DNA of 64,000 bases, from assembly GCF_028641065.1 (NCBI RefSeq), contig NC_073398.1, positions 20,832,001 through 20,896,000 of the forward strand, in the 5' to 3' direction. The position numbers and the translations under genes were made by a program. Below the pieces are notes generated by a model, which was given only the letters and a program-made list of their open reading frames with translations, was not told the DNA's origin and made no database searches. Positions 1-13,674 of the stretch are shown here, one piece after another. Numbering within the stretch: the stretch's first letter is position 1; every line of letters starts with the position of its first letter. The DNA comes from Leucoraja erinacea (Eukaryota).

Positions 1-403
1 ATTCATTCCCATGTCACGTTATTAATAAAAAGCAATCAGCCTCACGAGCTCATTTCTGGAAAGACACAGTAATTTAAAAGTTAATTAAAGATGTCCACGA
101 GAAAGTTCAGTTAAATTTATCGAGGCTTCGCTGCAAATTAATGTGCAATGTTGTTTACAAAGTACAATCCAGGTTTTATCAAATTTCTAAAGTTGTGAAT
201 CATTCTGATCCTGACCTTTTTTTTTTAATCGCCAAGGTTACCGATGTTATTGTGCTCAATAGGAAAATTAATGTGTTTTTTAATTAGACCTTGTTCTTGA
301 AAAATAAATCAGTATTGTCATAATGCAAACAGTGTGATCAGATGAATGGAAACTGGAGGCTTCAGTCACAGGGCCTTTCATTTCTATCTATACACTGACA
401 CAA

Positions 404-592
404 TGGCACGGTGGTAGAGTTGCCTTGCAGCGCCAGAGACCCAGGTTCGATCCTCACTATGGTGCTGTCTGTACAGAGTTTGTATGTTGTCTCCGTGACC
501 TGTGTGGGTTTTTTCCGAGATTGTCGGTTTCCTTCCACACTCCAAAGAGGTACAGGTATGTGGGTTAATTGGCTTGGTGTAAATGTAAATTG
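404..592 (+). mobile_element. tRNA-derived V-SINE (HE1-like)
   Basis: B-box-like ggttcgatcc and V-core gagtttgtatgtt.tctccgtgacctgtgtgggttt...ggtttcc.tccacactccaaaga. Further copies near 11790-11960 (+), 45540-45700 (+) and 58100-58260 (-). Confidence 0.8.
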
Positions 593-1361
593 GTGTACCG
601 TGATGAAGAGCAAATATCAGTTTCCTGACTACGCAAAAATGTATGAAGGAAGCATAGAATTAGCCAAAGTATGAGATCCTAGCGAAAGAAGATATACACT
701 CCTTCCACTCATTTCTAAGTCTGTCCTTGCCCCTTGAAGCCTGCTTTTTTAATGCCCTCCTGCTTTCTTCTTTACTTCAGTGCTTTGTTCTTTAGCTCAG
801 TGCTTTTTGCATGGTGCTGTTTTATACTGTGAAGGCACACAGAATTTGAAACCATTTTTAAAACAGAGGTACCTTCATTCCCCATTACCTCATGTTCATA
901 ACATTTCTTAAGTTATTTTATATAACTTTGTTATAACAAACTAACAAAACCATCATGCACTTGGTTCAATTCTGCACAGATAATATTTTTAGATTGTGCA
1001 TGTTGGTATTTTTATGATCCCATAATGAATCTGCACTTCATATATAAACCTCATTGAATGATTTAGAACATAGCTCGGATTCAGTAATCATTTTTGACAA
1101 GTCTCATGTCCATTACATTATTCATCACATGACAAATGGATGCAGCAAGTCTTGAACTCTATATCTTCTTTCACTTAGATGTCATACCTTGGCTAATTCA
1201 TTGGAGAAAAATATGTATCATCTGCCCAGGTTAAATAAAGGTAACTCAAATTGATTGACCATTCCATTGTGAAAGTTTACTGAAAGCCTGACTGTATACA
1301 CAGATCTTCACAATTTTTAATCAAATCAATGGAAAGAATCAATAGAAAAAATCAATAGAAA

Positions 1362-1593
1362 GTCTGAAGAAGGGTGTCGACCCGAAACATCACCCATTTC
1401 TTCACTCCAGAGATGCTGCCTGTCCCGCTGAGTTAATCCAGCTTTATTTGTCTATCAGTAGAAAGATTTGCTGGATCCAAAAAAGGACACAAAGTGCTGG
1501 AGTAACTCAGCGGATCAGGCAGCATCCATGGAGAGCATGAATAGGTGATGTTTCGGGGCGGGACCCTTCTTCAGGCTCAAACCGGATCCAAAC
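1362..1593. mobile_element. Two adjacent hammerhead-motif short elements (plus 1362-1456; minus about 1480-1593)
   Basis: CTGAAGAAGGGTGTCGACCCGAAACATC core; second copy flanked by tttgctggatcca (1467-1479 and 1594-1606). Confidence 0.75.
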
Positions 1594-2449
1594 TTTGCTG
1601 GATCCATTTTGTTAAAGAAAATAGAACATAGAACAGTACAATACAAGAACAGGTCCTTCGGCTCACAATGTCTGTGCCGAACATGATGACAAAACCAGCA
1701 TAATCCATATCCCTCCATTCCCTGCATATTAATATGCCTATCCAAAAGTCTCTTAAAGTCAATAAGATTTATATTAGCTTTCATCCCTGGACCACAAAAT
1801 CATGGCCACCTCCAGAAGGAGAGGTCCGATGGCCAGCTGTATTGGGCGTTCCCAGAACTGTTCCCAGCCAAAGGTTTGCTTCAGATATTCCGAGATTCCT
1901 GCTCAGTGCAGTATTTCTTCCATCTATAACTTCAACCCATTAACTTGTGAAGTCGAGTAACCAGCTGGCACTCGCATAATCTTATGAGCACGATCGGTCA
2001 TGGGTAGTTTCAGTACGATTCCTTGCCATTGTATGTTCGAGAAATACAACTAATTCCTGCAGAATATTGGCAATCGCAAAATGAACATGTTGTGCTGCTG
2101 ATAATGATTTTGTCAGGGTGAATTTTGTGGACTTGATTTAATCCGCAAACTGACATTTCTGCATGGACAATTCTGCATCTCAATTGCGTTTATGACCAAG
2201 CACCAGAATTGTTAATGTTTTATCACCGAGACAGTCATTTCCCATCTGCCAGCTAGCACAGAATCTCTGCTTGTGTTTTTGTTTGTCATTCATCTCATTA
2301 TTTAGCTGAACAATTGGCTATTCGGTTTTGAATAGAATAAAATTCACAAAAACTTTAATTTCTTTTAAGTAGAATTCATCAGATAGATAATGAGAAAATT
2401 AAAGAAAAACATTGAAAGCTTAACTTAAATTAAATATTTCCAGTTTTTA

Positions 2450-2880
2450 GAGTAATAGTCATAAAGTCATACAATGTGGACATAGGACCTTTGGCCCAAC
2501 TTGCCCACACCAACTAACGTCCCAGCTACACTAATCACACTTGCCTGCATTTGGCCCATATCCCTCTAATCCTCAAGTCAAGTCATAAAGTGCAAGTGAA
2601 ATGAATTTGCCAGCAGCGGTACCTGCGGTACATGGATCCTGTCCAATCCATGTACCTGTCTAATTGCTTCTTAAACTTTGTTATAGTCCCTGCCTCAACC
2701 ATCCCCTCCGGCAGCTCGTTCCATACACTCACCACCCTTTGTGTGAATAAGTTACCCCTCAGATTCCTATTAAATCTTTTCCCCTTCACCTTAAACCCGT
2801 CCTCTGGTCCTTGATTCACCTACTCTGGGCAAGAGATTCTGCGCATCCACCCGATCTTTTCCTCTCATGATTTTATGCTG
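2450..2880 (-). mobile_element. CR1 LINE 3' fragment
   Basis: FKVKGKRFNRNLRGNLFTQRVVSVWNELPE...FKKQLDRYMD. Confidence 0.85.
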
Positions 2881-2989
2881 TTCATGCATGATATGTTCAT
2901 GCATAGGGTATATGTTATATATGATACATGAACAAATTAAATGAAGGGGGAAACTATTTTTCTCAGTCCCTACCTGGTCGGAGATGCAT

Positions 2990-3625
2990 CTTTTCCCTGG
3001 GCCGTATCTTCACCCCTTCCTCACGGCCTACCACAGGGACTGGAGCGGCGTTTCCTGCCTGGACCGGCCAGAACTTCGACTTCGGCGGCGGCGCAGCGCT
3101 GGGGCCCATCACGGAGCAGGCGTTGCCTTACCCGGGCCGCCGTGCGGTGGGCTGAGTGCTGAGACCGCCAACTCCCAACATCGCGGAGCTGTCATTGCTG
3201 AGCTTCCAACCGCGGCAGCGCTGACTCTGAACACCGTGGAGCCTGGGATCTCTCACTGGGATCACCAATGTTGGAGCTCCAACCAGCGCGGCCTGTGGAC
3301 TTCGGGAGCCGCGGTCTCTGGCAGCAAGCGACCATACCAGACAGCTGAAGAGTGTTCTCCCGACGCCGAAGCCCCATCATCCGGCGAGAGGGCCGTTGCG
3401 GTGACTGCGGAGGCCTCAATAGGCCCGACCATGGGAGAACAAGAGGAAGAGGACTGGACTTTGTGCCTTCCCTCACAACCATTGTGGGGGGATGTTTTTA
3501 TGTTTTACGTTCAATTCTTTTTTAATGTGGTGCCTTACTTTTATTGGTGTGCTGCAAATGGCAACTCAAATTTCACTGTTACCAGAAATGGTGTATGTGA
3601 CAATAAATGTCCTTTGCCCTTTGAC
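2990..3625 (+). mobile_element. GC-rich probable retroelement 3' region
   Basis: Isolated CpG-rich block ending in tttcactgt...gtgacaataaa plus short repeats, the same tail type seen at 10550-10600, 31140-31185 and 60580-60625. Confidence 0.5.
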
Positions 3626-4082
3626 CTTGTGCTTTGTTTACTCAATGGCAATCAGAGGAAAGATCACAATCCCCTTTAGCATTTATAAACTAGAATTATA
3701 AATCAATAACGCTTTCATAGAGAGGGTCATAGCTTCGTAAAAGGCTGCATTAGTGTCTGGATCTATAAGTTTATACATCTGCAATAAACCCTGATGAAAC
3801 AAATCAGCCATCCCTTAGATTTAATAAAAACAACCAAGTCAATATTTGTGCTACTTTATAGTAGAAGAAGATCTTTAGTCCATATAAGGCAACTGCAGAA
3901 GTAACCTGGAAACCTATGCTGAGCAAAGAAGGTTTTGGTAGCCTGTAAATAGAAAGAAAAGTCGTTAAATAATGTTGAGAAAGATGTAGCATTGAGCTTA
4001 GAAATTGTATTTTATGCTTTAGGTAAATTGGTTTAAGAGTTTCAACACTGAGTACTATCCAGGAAAAAGCAGTTTTGTTCCT

Positions 4083-4330
4083 GAAGATAGACACAAAAAG
4101 CTGGAGTAACTCAGCGGGACAGACAGCATCTCTGGAGAGAAGGAATGGATGACATTTTGGGTGGAGACCTGAAACATCACTCATTCCTCCTCTCCAGAGA
4201 TGCTGCCTGTCCCGCTGAGTTACTCCAGCTTTTTGTGTCTATATTTGGTTTAAACCAGCACCTGGGAGACCCTTCTTCAGGCTAGTTTGGGATAAGGGAA
4301 ACGAGAGATATAGACGATGATGTATAGAGA
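4083..4330. mobile_element. Two-armed inverted short element plus a third partial arm
   Basis: gacacaaaaagctggagtaactcagcgggac is mirrored by gtcccgctgagttactccagctttttgtgtc. Confidence 0.75.
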
Positions 4331-6559
4331 TAAACAATTTAGCTTCTTGAAGTTAGCTGAGGTTACCATTTAGGTGGACTGAACTGGATTTGAAAGGAGC
4401 ATGGTGCCAGCCGGTCTGCATTCAATGTTTCCAGCTGGGGGCAGAATGAGCTGACTCAGCATCCAGGAGGCATGCGAAGTCCCGAGTGGTAAGTGAACCT
4501 CAGGGTGCTGCTGCCTCACCCCAGAACACCTTGTTTGGATTCAACAGTTCATTCTGGTCATACTCGTTTAATATATTTTGCTTCAGAGACGTTGAGAGAA
4601 CTACCAGGTAGGTGATTCGATGTAACAGAATCAAGAGATGTGGGATTGATGGAGGACGTGAGGTAAAGATCAACTGTGATCTAATTGATGGTGGAATAAG
4701 CACAAGAGTTCAAATGACTTTGCCCAGATTCCATGTTTTATTATATTTTTAATAAATTAAAAATTAGATACATATATGCTGTAAACTTTTAAAATAATCC
4801 TTTATGAACCACAGAGCTCTACAAAAAAGCTCATTATTGAGAACACAGGGCAGGGGTATGGGGACAGGATTTCTCCTGTGAATTCAACTCTTCTGTTTTG
4901 TTTTAAGTAACTCACTACTCAATATTGATGTCAAGAGACTGACAGGAGACCTTTCCTGAACTCCATGAAACATCAAGTTGTACAACACAAAACAGCCAAG
5001 CTTTCTGTGCTACACTAATGTTCAGCTGGTCCAATGGGTGCAAATGGCAGCCAACCAGTCTCAGGATTTTGGGAAGAAATTCTGAAGAATTGGCCAACCG
5101 TGCCAGTTGGCTTCCAGTTCCCTGAAACCTGTTGAAACGTCCTGCTTTGGTCTTTTATTGCCCGTTTAGTAGCCTTCAAGCAACAATCTTTAGCCTACTG
5201 AGTACCTGGACTGACAACACAATGAACACTTCAGGACACTTTTTTTTAGGCCACTTTGCCCAATAAAACAGAGCCTGAGGTTGGAAAGGTGCATGTGCTT
5301 TTATAGGGAGGCTGTAAATGTTAATGGGTCGTTAATTAAGACCCACCCCCATACCCCACTTCCAGCTACACCCACCACTAACCAGCTGAGAAATGGATGC
5401 CCTCTACGATTAGGCAAGACACCCTATTGTTACAAAGGATTGAACAGCAACTGGCAGCTGTACACATGCATTACCATGTTTTAGAAGGAGAGGGTACACA
5501 AAGATTCTGGAGAAACTCAGCGGGTGCAGCAGCATCTATGGAGTGAAGGAGAGTATATGTGTATGAGTATTTTAGAAGGAGAGTATATGTGGGTTGGCAG
5601 TCACAGCTGAGCTGTTCCTTTGCCACACCCTCCTTGGTCCTAAGACGTGTGAACAAATGTCTCAGAGTGCAGCGCTGACACATTCTTCATCTGTGAGGCA
5701 CTTCTCTGACGTGCTGCAATGTGGGGGCAACAGTAGCCATAGATTCTACGAGTAATCCCTCAGCCTTCACTTCCACAAAGTCACTGCGCTTTAGCCCATT
5801 ATCCCTTCAACTCCTTCTATGCCACCTTTCTCCCATAAAATCAGTTCTGAGAATCTCATTCCGTTCCCTAACATTCCCACTTCCTAAACCACAAGTCTTG
5901 TGTGTCAGACAAAATTTAGATATGGGAATTAATTATGGACGAATTTCAGTAACCCAAACATCTGTAACACAGAGTTCACCAGCATTGTGCAATTATAGTG
6001 CCTACGACACTGGAACCAGGTCAAACAGCAACATACACAATATGCCATGCCTCACACCGAGTTCTAATCTCAGGGGAATTTAACCTGCAGAGTTATGGTG
6101 CGCTCCTTAGTCACAGTTAGTGAAGTATAAGCCGAGTGAAGGTTTCCCCACTCCATTTCTTAGTCCACGGATCAGTTGATGTGAGGAATAGAGTAAGATG
6201 ATTTATAGATGTAAATAGAATAAATGTGAAACAGAAAAAAATAGTTGGGGAAACGTAAAAGTATAAATGTAGTAAATTGAAATGTTGAATATATTACCTT
6301 AATAATTGCTTGTGCCAGTTATTTTTTATTCCAGCCACATGACCAATTCCAACAATCCCAACCACGACCGATGGTATAATCTGCTGGGGATCAGCTGTGA
6401 TAGGAATGAAAAGTCAATCATTGTCCTTTTGATGAGGATGGATGAAGCACAGTGTCTTGAATGTCTATAATGTCTTGAATTTACAAGAATGAAATGTGTC
6501 TCATCGAAAAGTACAAACATCTTTGAGAGCTTGTCAGCATAGATGTGGAGTTGGCGACA

Positions 6560-6745
6560 CAAGAAACCGCAGATGCTGGAATCTTGCACAGAACACGGCA
6601 TGCTGGAGTAACTCAGTGGGTCTGGCAGCATTCCTGGAGGACATGGATAGACGATGTTTCGGACAGGAACCCTTCCTGAGACTGGACCCGACCCGAAACG
6701 TTGTCTATCCATGTCCTCTGGAGATGCTGCTTGACCCCATTGACT
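6560..6745. mobile_element. Two-armed inverted short element, degenerate cores
   Basis: Same family motifs in inverted orientation. Confidence 0.65.
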
Positions 6746-6939
6746 CTTACCTTTGTCTTCCAGATCTCCAGGTCAGGAATCAATACTAAATTGAATAGGG
6801 ACTTTGACATTTGTGTTAGAAGTGGAGTTGATGTTCTTCCTGGCGGAGGTATGTAGAATCAGCGGATACAATTCCAAAATAAGGGGCGGGCTCTCCAAAA
6901 GATAAGAAGAGATCTTTCATCCTGAGGGTGGAGACTCAA

Positions 6940-7270
6940 TTGGCCGAGGGGCCTGTGTCCACAATGTATCTCTAAACTTCCTCCAGTAGCTCATGCCATA
7001 TACTCACCACCCACTGTGTGAAAAGATTGTCCCTCAGGTTCCTATTAAATCTTTTCCCTCTCACCTTAAACCTGTCCCCTCTAGTTCTTGATTCTGCTAT
7101 CCTGGGAAAATACACCCTATCTATTCCGCTCATGATTTTATACACCTCTACAAGACTACCCCTCAGCCTCCTGCAGTCCAAGGAATAAAGTCCTCGCCTG
7201 CACAACCTCCACGTTCTAGGAACATCCTGATAAACCTCTACACTCTTTCCAGCTTAATGCTTCTTTCCTA
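6940..7270 (-). mobile_element. CR1 LINE 3' fragment
   Basis: GLYSLDCRRLRGSLVEVYKIM...TRGDRFKVRG. Confidence 0.8.
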
Positions 7271-7935
7271 AGATTCTAATTCATTGTCCATACATATCCA
7301 TGCAACCCACTGATTTAATATTTCAATTCCATTGAACCTTACCGTAACAGCTCATACACTTACATGGTGAGATTTCAGGTAGTACTATAGGCTTTGCTGC
7401 ATTCTTCAATGACTGGGTTAGGTAGATGTCCTGTTCAGATACAAAAACGTGATACAACTCAGGAGTCAACCTCTTCATCAGTTTGTGTCTGATCCAACAC
7501 ATCCTTCTCCTTTATCTACTCCATCATCTTACTTCTTACTAAAACACAAATTAATTGATAGCCTGAGATAGTCTGACGGAATTCATTAATTCATACCCAA
7601 AACAAATTTAGTGCAGATTAGTAGAAAACGATTCCAATAATTTCTCGATGAGTCAGTCAGAATGGAGGAGTTCTAATTATGCTGTATGGGGGGTTGCAGT
7701 TTGTACATTTGGTATATAATTATCATCTGAGATGCTTAGCTGAAATGAATGGAACTTTTGAAAGACAATGTAAGGTCAAAGAAACTGTACCCCAACCAGG
7801 GGCAGGCAGTTGGTTAGTTAAGGGATGTGGGTGTAGGGGGAATTTGCCAGCTATTTAAATGTTTGAAACAGTAGAAATCATATCAATAAGCAATTAAAGT
7901 CTATATAGTTTGAAAACATTATTTGTTCCTTCATC

Positions 7936-8067
7936 GAAGATAGACACATAAAGCTTGAGTGAAGGAATGGGTGACGTTTCGGGTCGAGACCCTTCTTCAG
8001 ACTCTGGTTCTTCAGCTTTTTGTGTCTATCTTCAGTTTAAACCGGCATCTGCAGTTCCTTCCAACAC
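7936..8067. mobile_element. Short element with intact hammerhead core on minus (7970-8003) and 15-bp flanking direct repeat
   Basis: atttgttccttcatc at 7921-7935 and 8068-8082. Confidence 0.8.
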
Positions 8068-8232
8068 ATTTGTTCCTTCATCACTGGGTCAATATCTTAA
8101 GAGTTCCCTCCACCTTCAGCCAAGGAGTGGCAACAATTTAAGAAAACCATTTACAGAGGATTCGAGCGCTGTGCAGTAAATGCAGCCTCATCAGCGTTAT
8201 TCAACACCCATCAGCAAGTTCAAAAATAGTTG

Positions 8233-8386
8233 AAACTAAGAACTGCAGATGCTAGTTACTACACAAAAGGGCACAGAGTGCTGGAGTAACTCAGCAGGTC
8301 CAGTGACCCTTCAGGTTGAAACGCTGCCTATACATGTTCTCCAGAGATACTGCCTGACCTACTGAATTACTCCAGCACTTTGTGTC
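8233..8386. mobile_element. Two-armed short element with 15-bp flanking direct repeat
   Basis: gttcaaaaatagttg at 8218-8232 and 8387-8401. Confidence 0.8.
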
Positions 8387-8459
8387 GTTCAAAAATAGTT
8401 GCTTTGTTTTTAATTGTAAAACTTTGCAGGGCATTGCAGTCACCTCTGCACCTTCACTG

Positions 8460-8975
8460 AGGAAGAATGTGCTGGCTCTGGAGAGGATCCAGAGGAGGTT
8501 TACAAGAATGATTCCAGGAATGATTGCGTTAGCATAAGATGAGCACTTGGAAGCACTGGGTGTCTACTCACTGGACTTTTGAAGGTTGGGGGGGTGGGGG
8601 GACCATTGAAACTTACAGAATAATGAAAGGCATAGATAGAGTGGATGTGGAAAGGATGTTTCCACTGGTAGGAGAGTCTAGGACCAGAGGTCATAGCCTC
8701 AGAATTAAAGGGCGCTCTTTTAGAAAGGAGGTGAGAAGGAACTTCTTTAGTCAGAGGGTAGTTAATCTGTGGAACTCATTGCCACGGGGGACTTTGGAGG
8801 CCAAGTCAGTGGATATTTTTTAGGCAGAGATAGACAAATTCTTGATTAGAACGGGTGTCAAGGGTTATGGAGCGAAGGCAGGGAAATCGGATCAGGAGGC
8901 AGAGATCAGCCATGATTGAATGGCGGAGTCGACTCGTTGGGCCGAATGGCCTAACTCTACTACTATAACTTGTGA
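8460..8975 (+). mobile_element. CR1 LINE 3' fragment
   Basis: IETYRIMKGIDRVD...RTRGHSLRIKG...NFFSQRVVNLWNSLP, plus CR1 3' UTR. Confidence 0.85.
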
Positions 8976-10614
8976 ACCACGTCAGCACACATTTTTGTAT
9001 GTATCTTGTGTTACTTCAGTGGCACTGCCCAACAAGAATAAACAACAAGTAATGTCATCCAGGACATGGCTAACATCCATTCCATTGTCACAGTCAACTC
9101 CCCATTACACTGCTGTGAAATTGTATGTCTCCTCTGTGCACGAAGCCTTGTTTAAGGAATAAATCAAGTTCTTATGACTTACTGTACTGGAAATATCACC
9201 TGCTGCAGTATGAATCTCATGGCACTGACACAGCATGTGTGCTGACAAACAGTGAGATTTCAGGAGCCACACATTTAATTTTACATTCTGCACTACAGTT
9301 TAGTGCTGTTGTCTCAGCTGAAGCCATTTCTACTCAGATGCATAAAAGATATACTGCAGAACTAAAGAAATGAACTATTTCAAAACAAATCTATTTGTGC
9401 CTTTAAGCTGAGATCCATGCCACCACATACAGTAAAAGGTCAATCATGTGTCCCTTCCATTATCCATCAAATTATCTCAACAAAAAAAAAGCTGGTTAAT
9501 AAATAATTAAGGTTACACAAAATTATTGCTGTATAACAACGACTCGCTAAATTGTGAGCTTCATTCATAATCATGAATATAAACAGTTATGTTGCTTAAT
9601 TTAAGGGCCACATATACAAGGTGTAGACAGGAATCAAAATACTTAGGAAAATATAAGTAAACAATATATGTACAGAATATTACATAGATAGACCTATGTA
9701 AATCCAAGTCTGCCATGGGAAAAACAGCTTTAGATTCCTGTTTTTACATTCTTAAAATTATGTCATTCCATTTATCGAGGTTAGGATCCCCTAGAAATAT
9801 GTAATAGTATTACTCACGACTGCACAGCCACAAATCCTTAGTTTTCTGCCTGGACAAATAACACCAGCACACTAATCACTCCGTGTCTCTGAGGTAGAGA
9901 GAAGCAGACTAAATGGAACTGAAAATAACTCATCCAACTTTGGTACATCTCCTTTCTCAAGTTCTTTCAGTTTCAGTGCCTTCTCTTTCTTTTCCAGTGG
10001 ACCTGGCCCGCTCTTTGACTAATTTAGAAACTGGCATTGCATGTTGTTAGATCATCATGTTCTTATCTTGATAGAAATATGAGCTGCGGAGTTGGGGTTT
10101 CCCTGTGAACTCTGTGGGCAAATGAAACACACGCGTTTATTTTTCAGCTAAACTATCCTATTAAGATCTCTATCCTATCCTAAAGAAATCCACCATTCTA
10201 CAAGAGAATGACTGTGTTGATATAACACTGCATACTCAGGTGGAAGTAAAAGATCCTTGATAAAGTGCAGGGGTTCGTTGTCCCTGACAAATTGGCTGCT
10301 CATTATTAGTTTACCATGTGCTGCACTAAAGTTGCATTCTAATGATTGTAGCTATAGACAATATACAATAGACAATAGACGCAGGAGTAGGCCATTCAGC
10401 CCTTTGAGCCAACACCGCCATTCAATTTGATCATGGCTGATCATCCCCAATCAGTAACCAGTTCCTGCCTTCTCCCCATATCCCCTGAATCCGCTCCAGT
10501 TATATAGTTACTATAGTTCCTATATAACTGGATATCACGCAACAAAAAAAGCTTTTCACTGTATCTCTGTATACGTGACAATAATAAAATAAACTAAAAC
10601 ATTAAAGTATAGTA

Positions 10615-11075
10615 TCGGAGGGAGATTAATCTTCTGACTGAATGATTCCAGAACAAAACCTCGCTCTCATTAACAACAAAACCAAGGAACTGATTATTGC
10701 CTTTAGAAGTGGAAGACCGAGGATTCACAAACCTGTCTTCATCAACGGTTCGTTGGTGGAGAGAGTCAACAACTTCAAATTCAGGGGCATGCATATTTCT
10801 GAAAATCTGTCCTGGACCCAGCACATTGATGCAATCATAAAGAAAGCCCATTAACACCTCTACTTTGTGAGAAGATTGAGGAGATTTGGTGTGCCGACGA
10901 ATACTCTCCTAAACTTCTACGGGGCAACATAATTCGAGAGAATGTTGACTGGTTGTAACATGGCCTGATTCAGTAATTCAAAAGCCCAGGAATGCAGATT
11001 ACAAAAAGTGCTGAACATGTCTCAGTCCATCACAGATACTGACCTCCACACGATCAAAGGGATGGACAGGAGTCT
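10615..11075 (+). mobile_element. Rex1/Babar-type LINE RT fragment
   Basis: NKTKELII, VERVNNFKF.GMHISENLSW, then LYFVRRLRRFG; stops present. Confidence 0.8.
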
Positions 11076-12032
11076 TATCTGATTTTTTTGTAATTAGCCT
11101 GGTTTTGACGTGCCATATTTATAAAACTTCCCTTAAACATGTGACCACGTTGCTTGAAAATAATGCTTAAGTTCAAAAAGGAATTAAAAAAATATGTTAT
11201 GGTTTCTGGGAAACTTCATTTGGAAATCCCCCCTCTGGCACATATCTGAAAGTAAGGGAAAATAATCAAAGTTCATACTATCTTGTTGCTTGGCTCATTG
11301 GCCTGAATTTCACAGAGAATTATTAATAACTTTTGGTGGAACTGCTGACATTTCTCCTCTTACAGTAAGTGTTGGGAATGAAAGGGCCCCCATGCAAACA
11401 CAGAAACTTTGAACCTCCTGATTGGTATCTGGGGGATTTTGATTTAAAAAAAGTAATGGTTCTGGCACTTGGTAAGACCTGTCTAGATAGTTAACGTGGA
11501 TGGGTATTTGGGGGATTTTGCTAATAATGTTCTCATTCCTGGACTTCACAAGGGGCGTACAGAAATTTAACGTAAATCTGCATTCAAAATTAGACAGCAC
11601 GAGTCGGGGTTGTTCATGAACTCTATGGGAGGCGTTAAGTGGCCCACCTCACAAAATGTAACAGCAAGGTAATGCAATAAAAAATTGTGTACTCCTTATG
11701 GAATAATATGTGTTAGAGAACCATCAAAGATTGTGGATGAAGCAGTAAAGGAATGTTGGGTTGTTAGCAAGAGTGGTAATTACTCAGGGCATGGGATGCA
11801 TGGAGGCAGCTGGGAGAGCTGCTGCCTCGTAGCTCCAGAAATCTGGATTCTATCCTGTGTGGGGTTTACACGTTCTCCCCGCGACCGCGAGAGTTTCCTC
11901 TGGTTCTGGTTTCCTCCGGTTCTGGTTTCCTCCCACATCACAAAGACTTGCGGTTGTAGGTGGCCCCGCCAAACTTGTGGACGATCAGATTGGGAAACGT
12001 CAGCGGCCGCTTTGGAACCGTTGACAAAACTT

Positions 12033-12237
12033 AAGAAAATAGACACAACACGCTGGAGTAACTCTTCGGGACAAGCAGCATCTATAGAGAGAAGGAATGG
12101 GTGACAGACTGACTGAAGAAGAGTCTCGACCCGAAATGTCACCCATTCCTTCTCTCCAGAGCTGCTGCCTGTCCCGCTGAGTTACTCCAGCATGGTGTGT
12201 CTATCTTCGATTTAAACCAGCATCCTTCCTGCACACA
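12033..12237. mobile_element. Two-armed inverted short element
   Basis: Family arms in inverted orientation; plus-arm core CTGAAGAAGAGTCTCGACCCGAAATGTC. Confidence 0.7.
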
Positions 12238-12802
12238 TCTCAAGAAAATCTGAGTCCAAGTTCCAAACAATTTTTTTATAATTTTTTTTCGAAAAAAAAC
12301 AATAAAGTCAAGCCAAGTCAAGTCGTCGAGTTTATTATCATATGCACTATCGTGGTGAAGTACAGGTATGAGGGGGAATGTTGCTTGTAGCACCATCACA
12401 GGTAGATAGACTCAGACAGCACACAAAATATACAATAAATTCTATAGTCCAATGAAAAGAAAAAGTCTGCAAAAAAGGGACATAATGCAAAAAATACACA
12501 ACGAGGAATACATAATCACGATATACCACTGATGAATTATTTAATAGGATCCAGTGGATTCTTAGTACTGGTTGGTGCATGATGATCCACTCACGTAGGC
12601 GTCGTTAATAGAATGGTTGGTGGGAAGGAACGGAATCCAGAGGGTTGTGGTCGCATTTGGATCCATACTGCAACGGAAACTTGGATAAATAGGTGAAACG
12701 ATCAAAATAACTCGTATTGAATCTGCAATAAAGCACAGGAATGTAGTCTCTTTATTCAGTTTACGATGGGAGTATGGGCATTGTCCTAAGGTTTTTTGCT
12801 GA

Positions 12803-12935
12803 AGTCTGAAGAAGGGTTTCGGCCCGAAACGTTATCTATTTCCTTCCCTCCCAAGATGCTGCTGCACCCGCTGAGTTTCTCCAGCATTTATGTGCACCTT
12901 CGATTTTCAAGCATCTGCAGTTCCTTGTTAAACAC
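12803..12935 (+). mobile_element. Short element with intact hammerhead core, UUCG-loop subfamily
   Basis: agtCTGAAGAaGGGTttcgGCCCGAAACGTT at 12803-12833; imperfect flanking repeat gtttt(t/c)tgct. Confidence 0.8.
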
Positions 12936-13674
12936 GTTTTCTGCTCTCGGAGTTACTTTGATAAATTTGGTTATTTACATTATAATCCCCCATTGCACCA
13001 TGAAACATCTGAGGACTTTAAAGGCGCTATATAAATGCAATTTGCGCTTTTTAAACCAATATACTTCAGACAATTAACCCTGGAAGGTGTTATAATTTTA
13101 AAGTCCTTCTAGTATTTTTTGTTTTGTTTAATATATTGTCTGTAATGCTTAACCTTTCATTTGCATGGCCCTTGAATCTCCGGGATATTTCGCTGTGTGC
13201 CGATCAGCTACCTATGTCTACGCATTTTGAAAATCATTTTTAAAACTATCTATTTTCACAAAAAATGTCTGTCTACTTTGAAGTCCTCAAGGTTATCAAG
13301 GTATGTCTACTTTGAAGAAGTCTTCCGCCTCTCTCCGACTTTTCGTTTTAACAAAAGGTGGGATTATCTGTCCTTTCTAACGCGAGCCCAAAAACATAGT
13401 TTGTCGTACTCTTTGTACTTAATGCAACGCGGTAAAAACCTAACAGGTTAATTTTATATTTTAATATTCCCTTCATTCCTGAAAAGGGAATAGTATTAGG
13501 CATTCTAATTTAAACTCTCTCTTAATTGATTCGCATTTAAATTGCTAATCATCTAAAACTTGGCAAAACAATCCGGTTGCAACATACGGTTTTTTTTTAC
13601 AAGACTGGTGTTTGTTTGGGGGATTTTGTTTTCTTCCCCCACTGGTGGTGTTTGGGAATGTCCAGTGTCCAAAT

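Noticed and set aside
404-470. tRNA gene
   Set aside because: Only a degenerate tRNA-like SINE head with no full cloverleaf.
2984-3679. 231-aa ORF
   Set aside because: No recognisable domain; lies in a GC-rich repeat-like block that ends in a LINE-type tail.
1-13600. PANX2 exons expected from human synteny
   Set aside because: No pannexin-like coding sequence recognised in the ORF track or by eye; short exons or UTR cannot be excluded.
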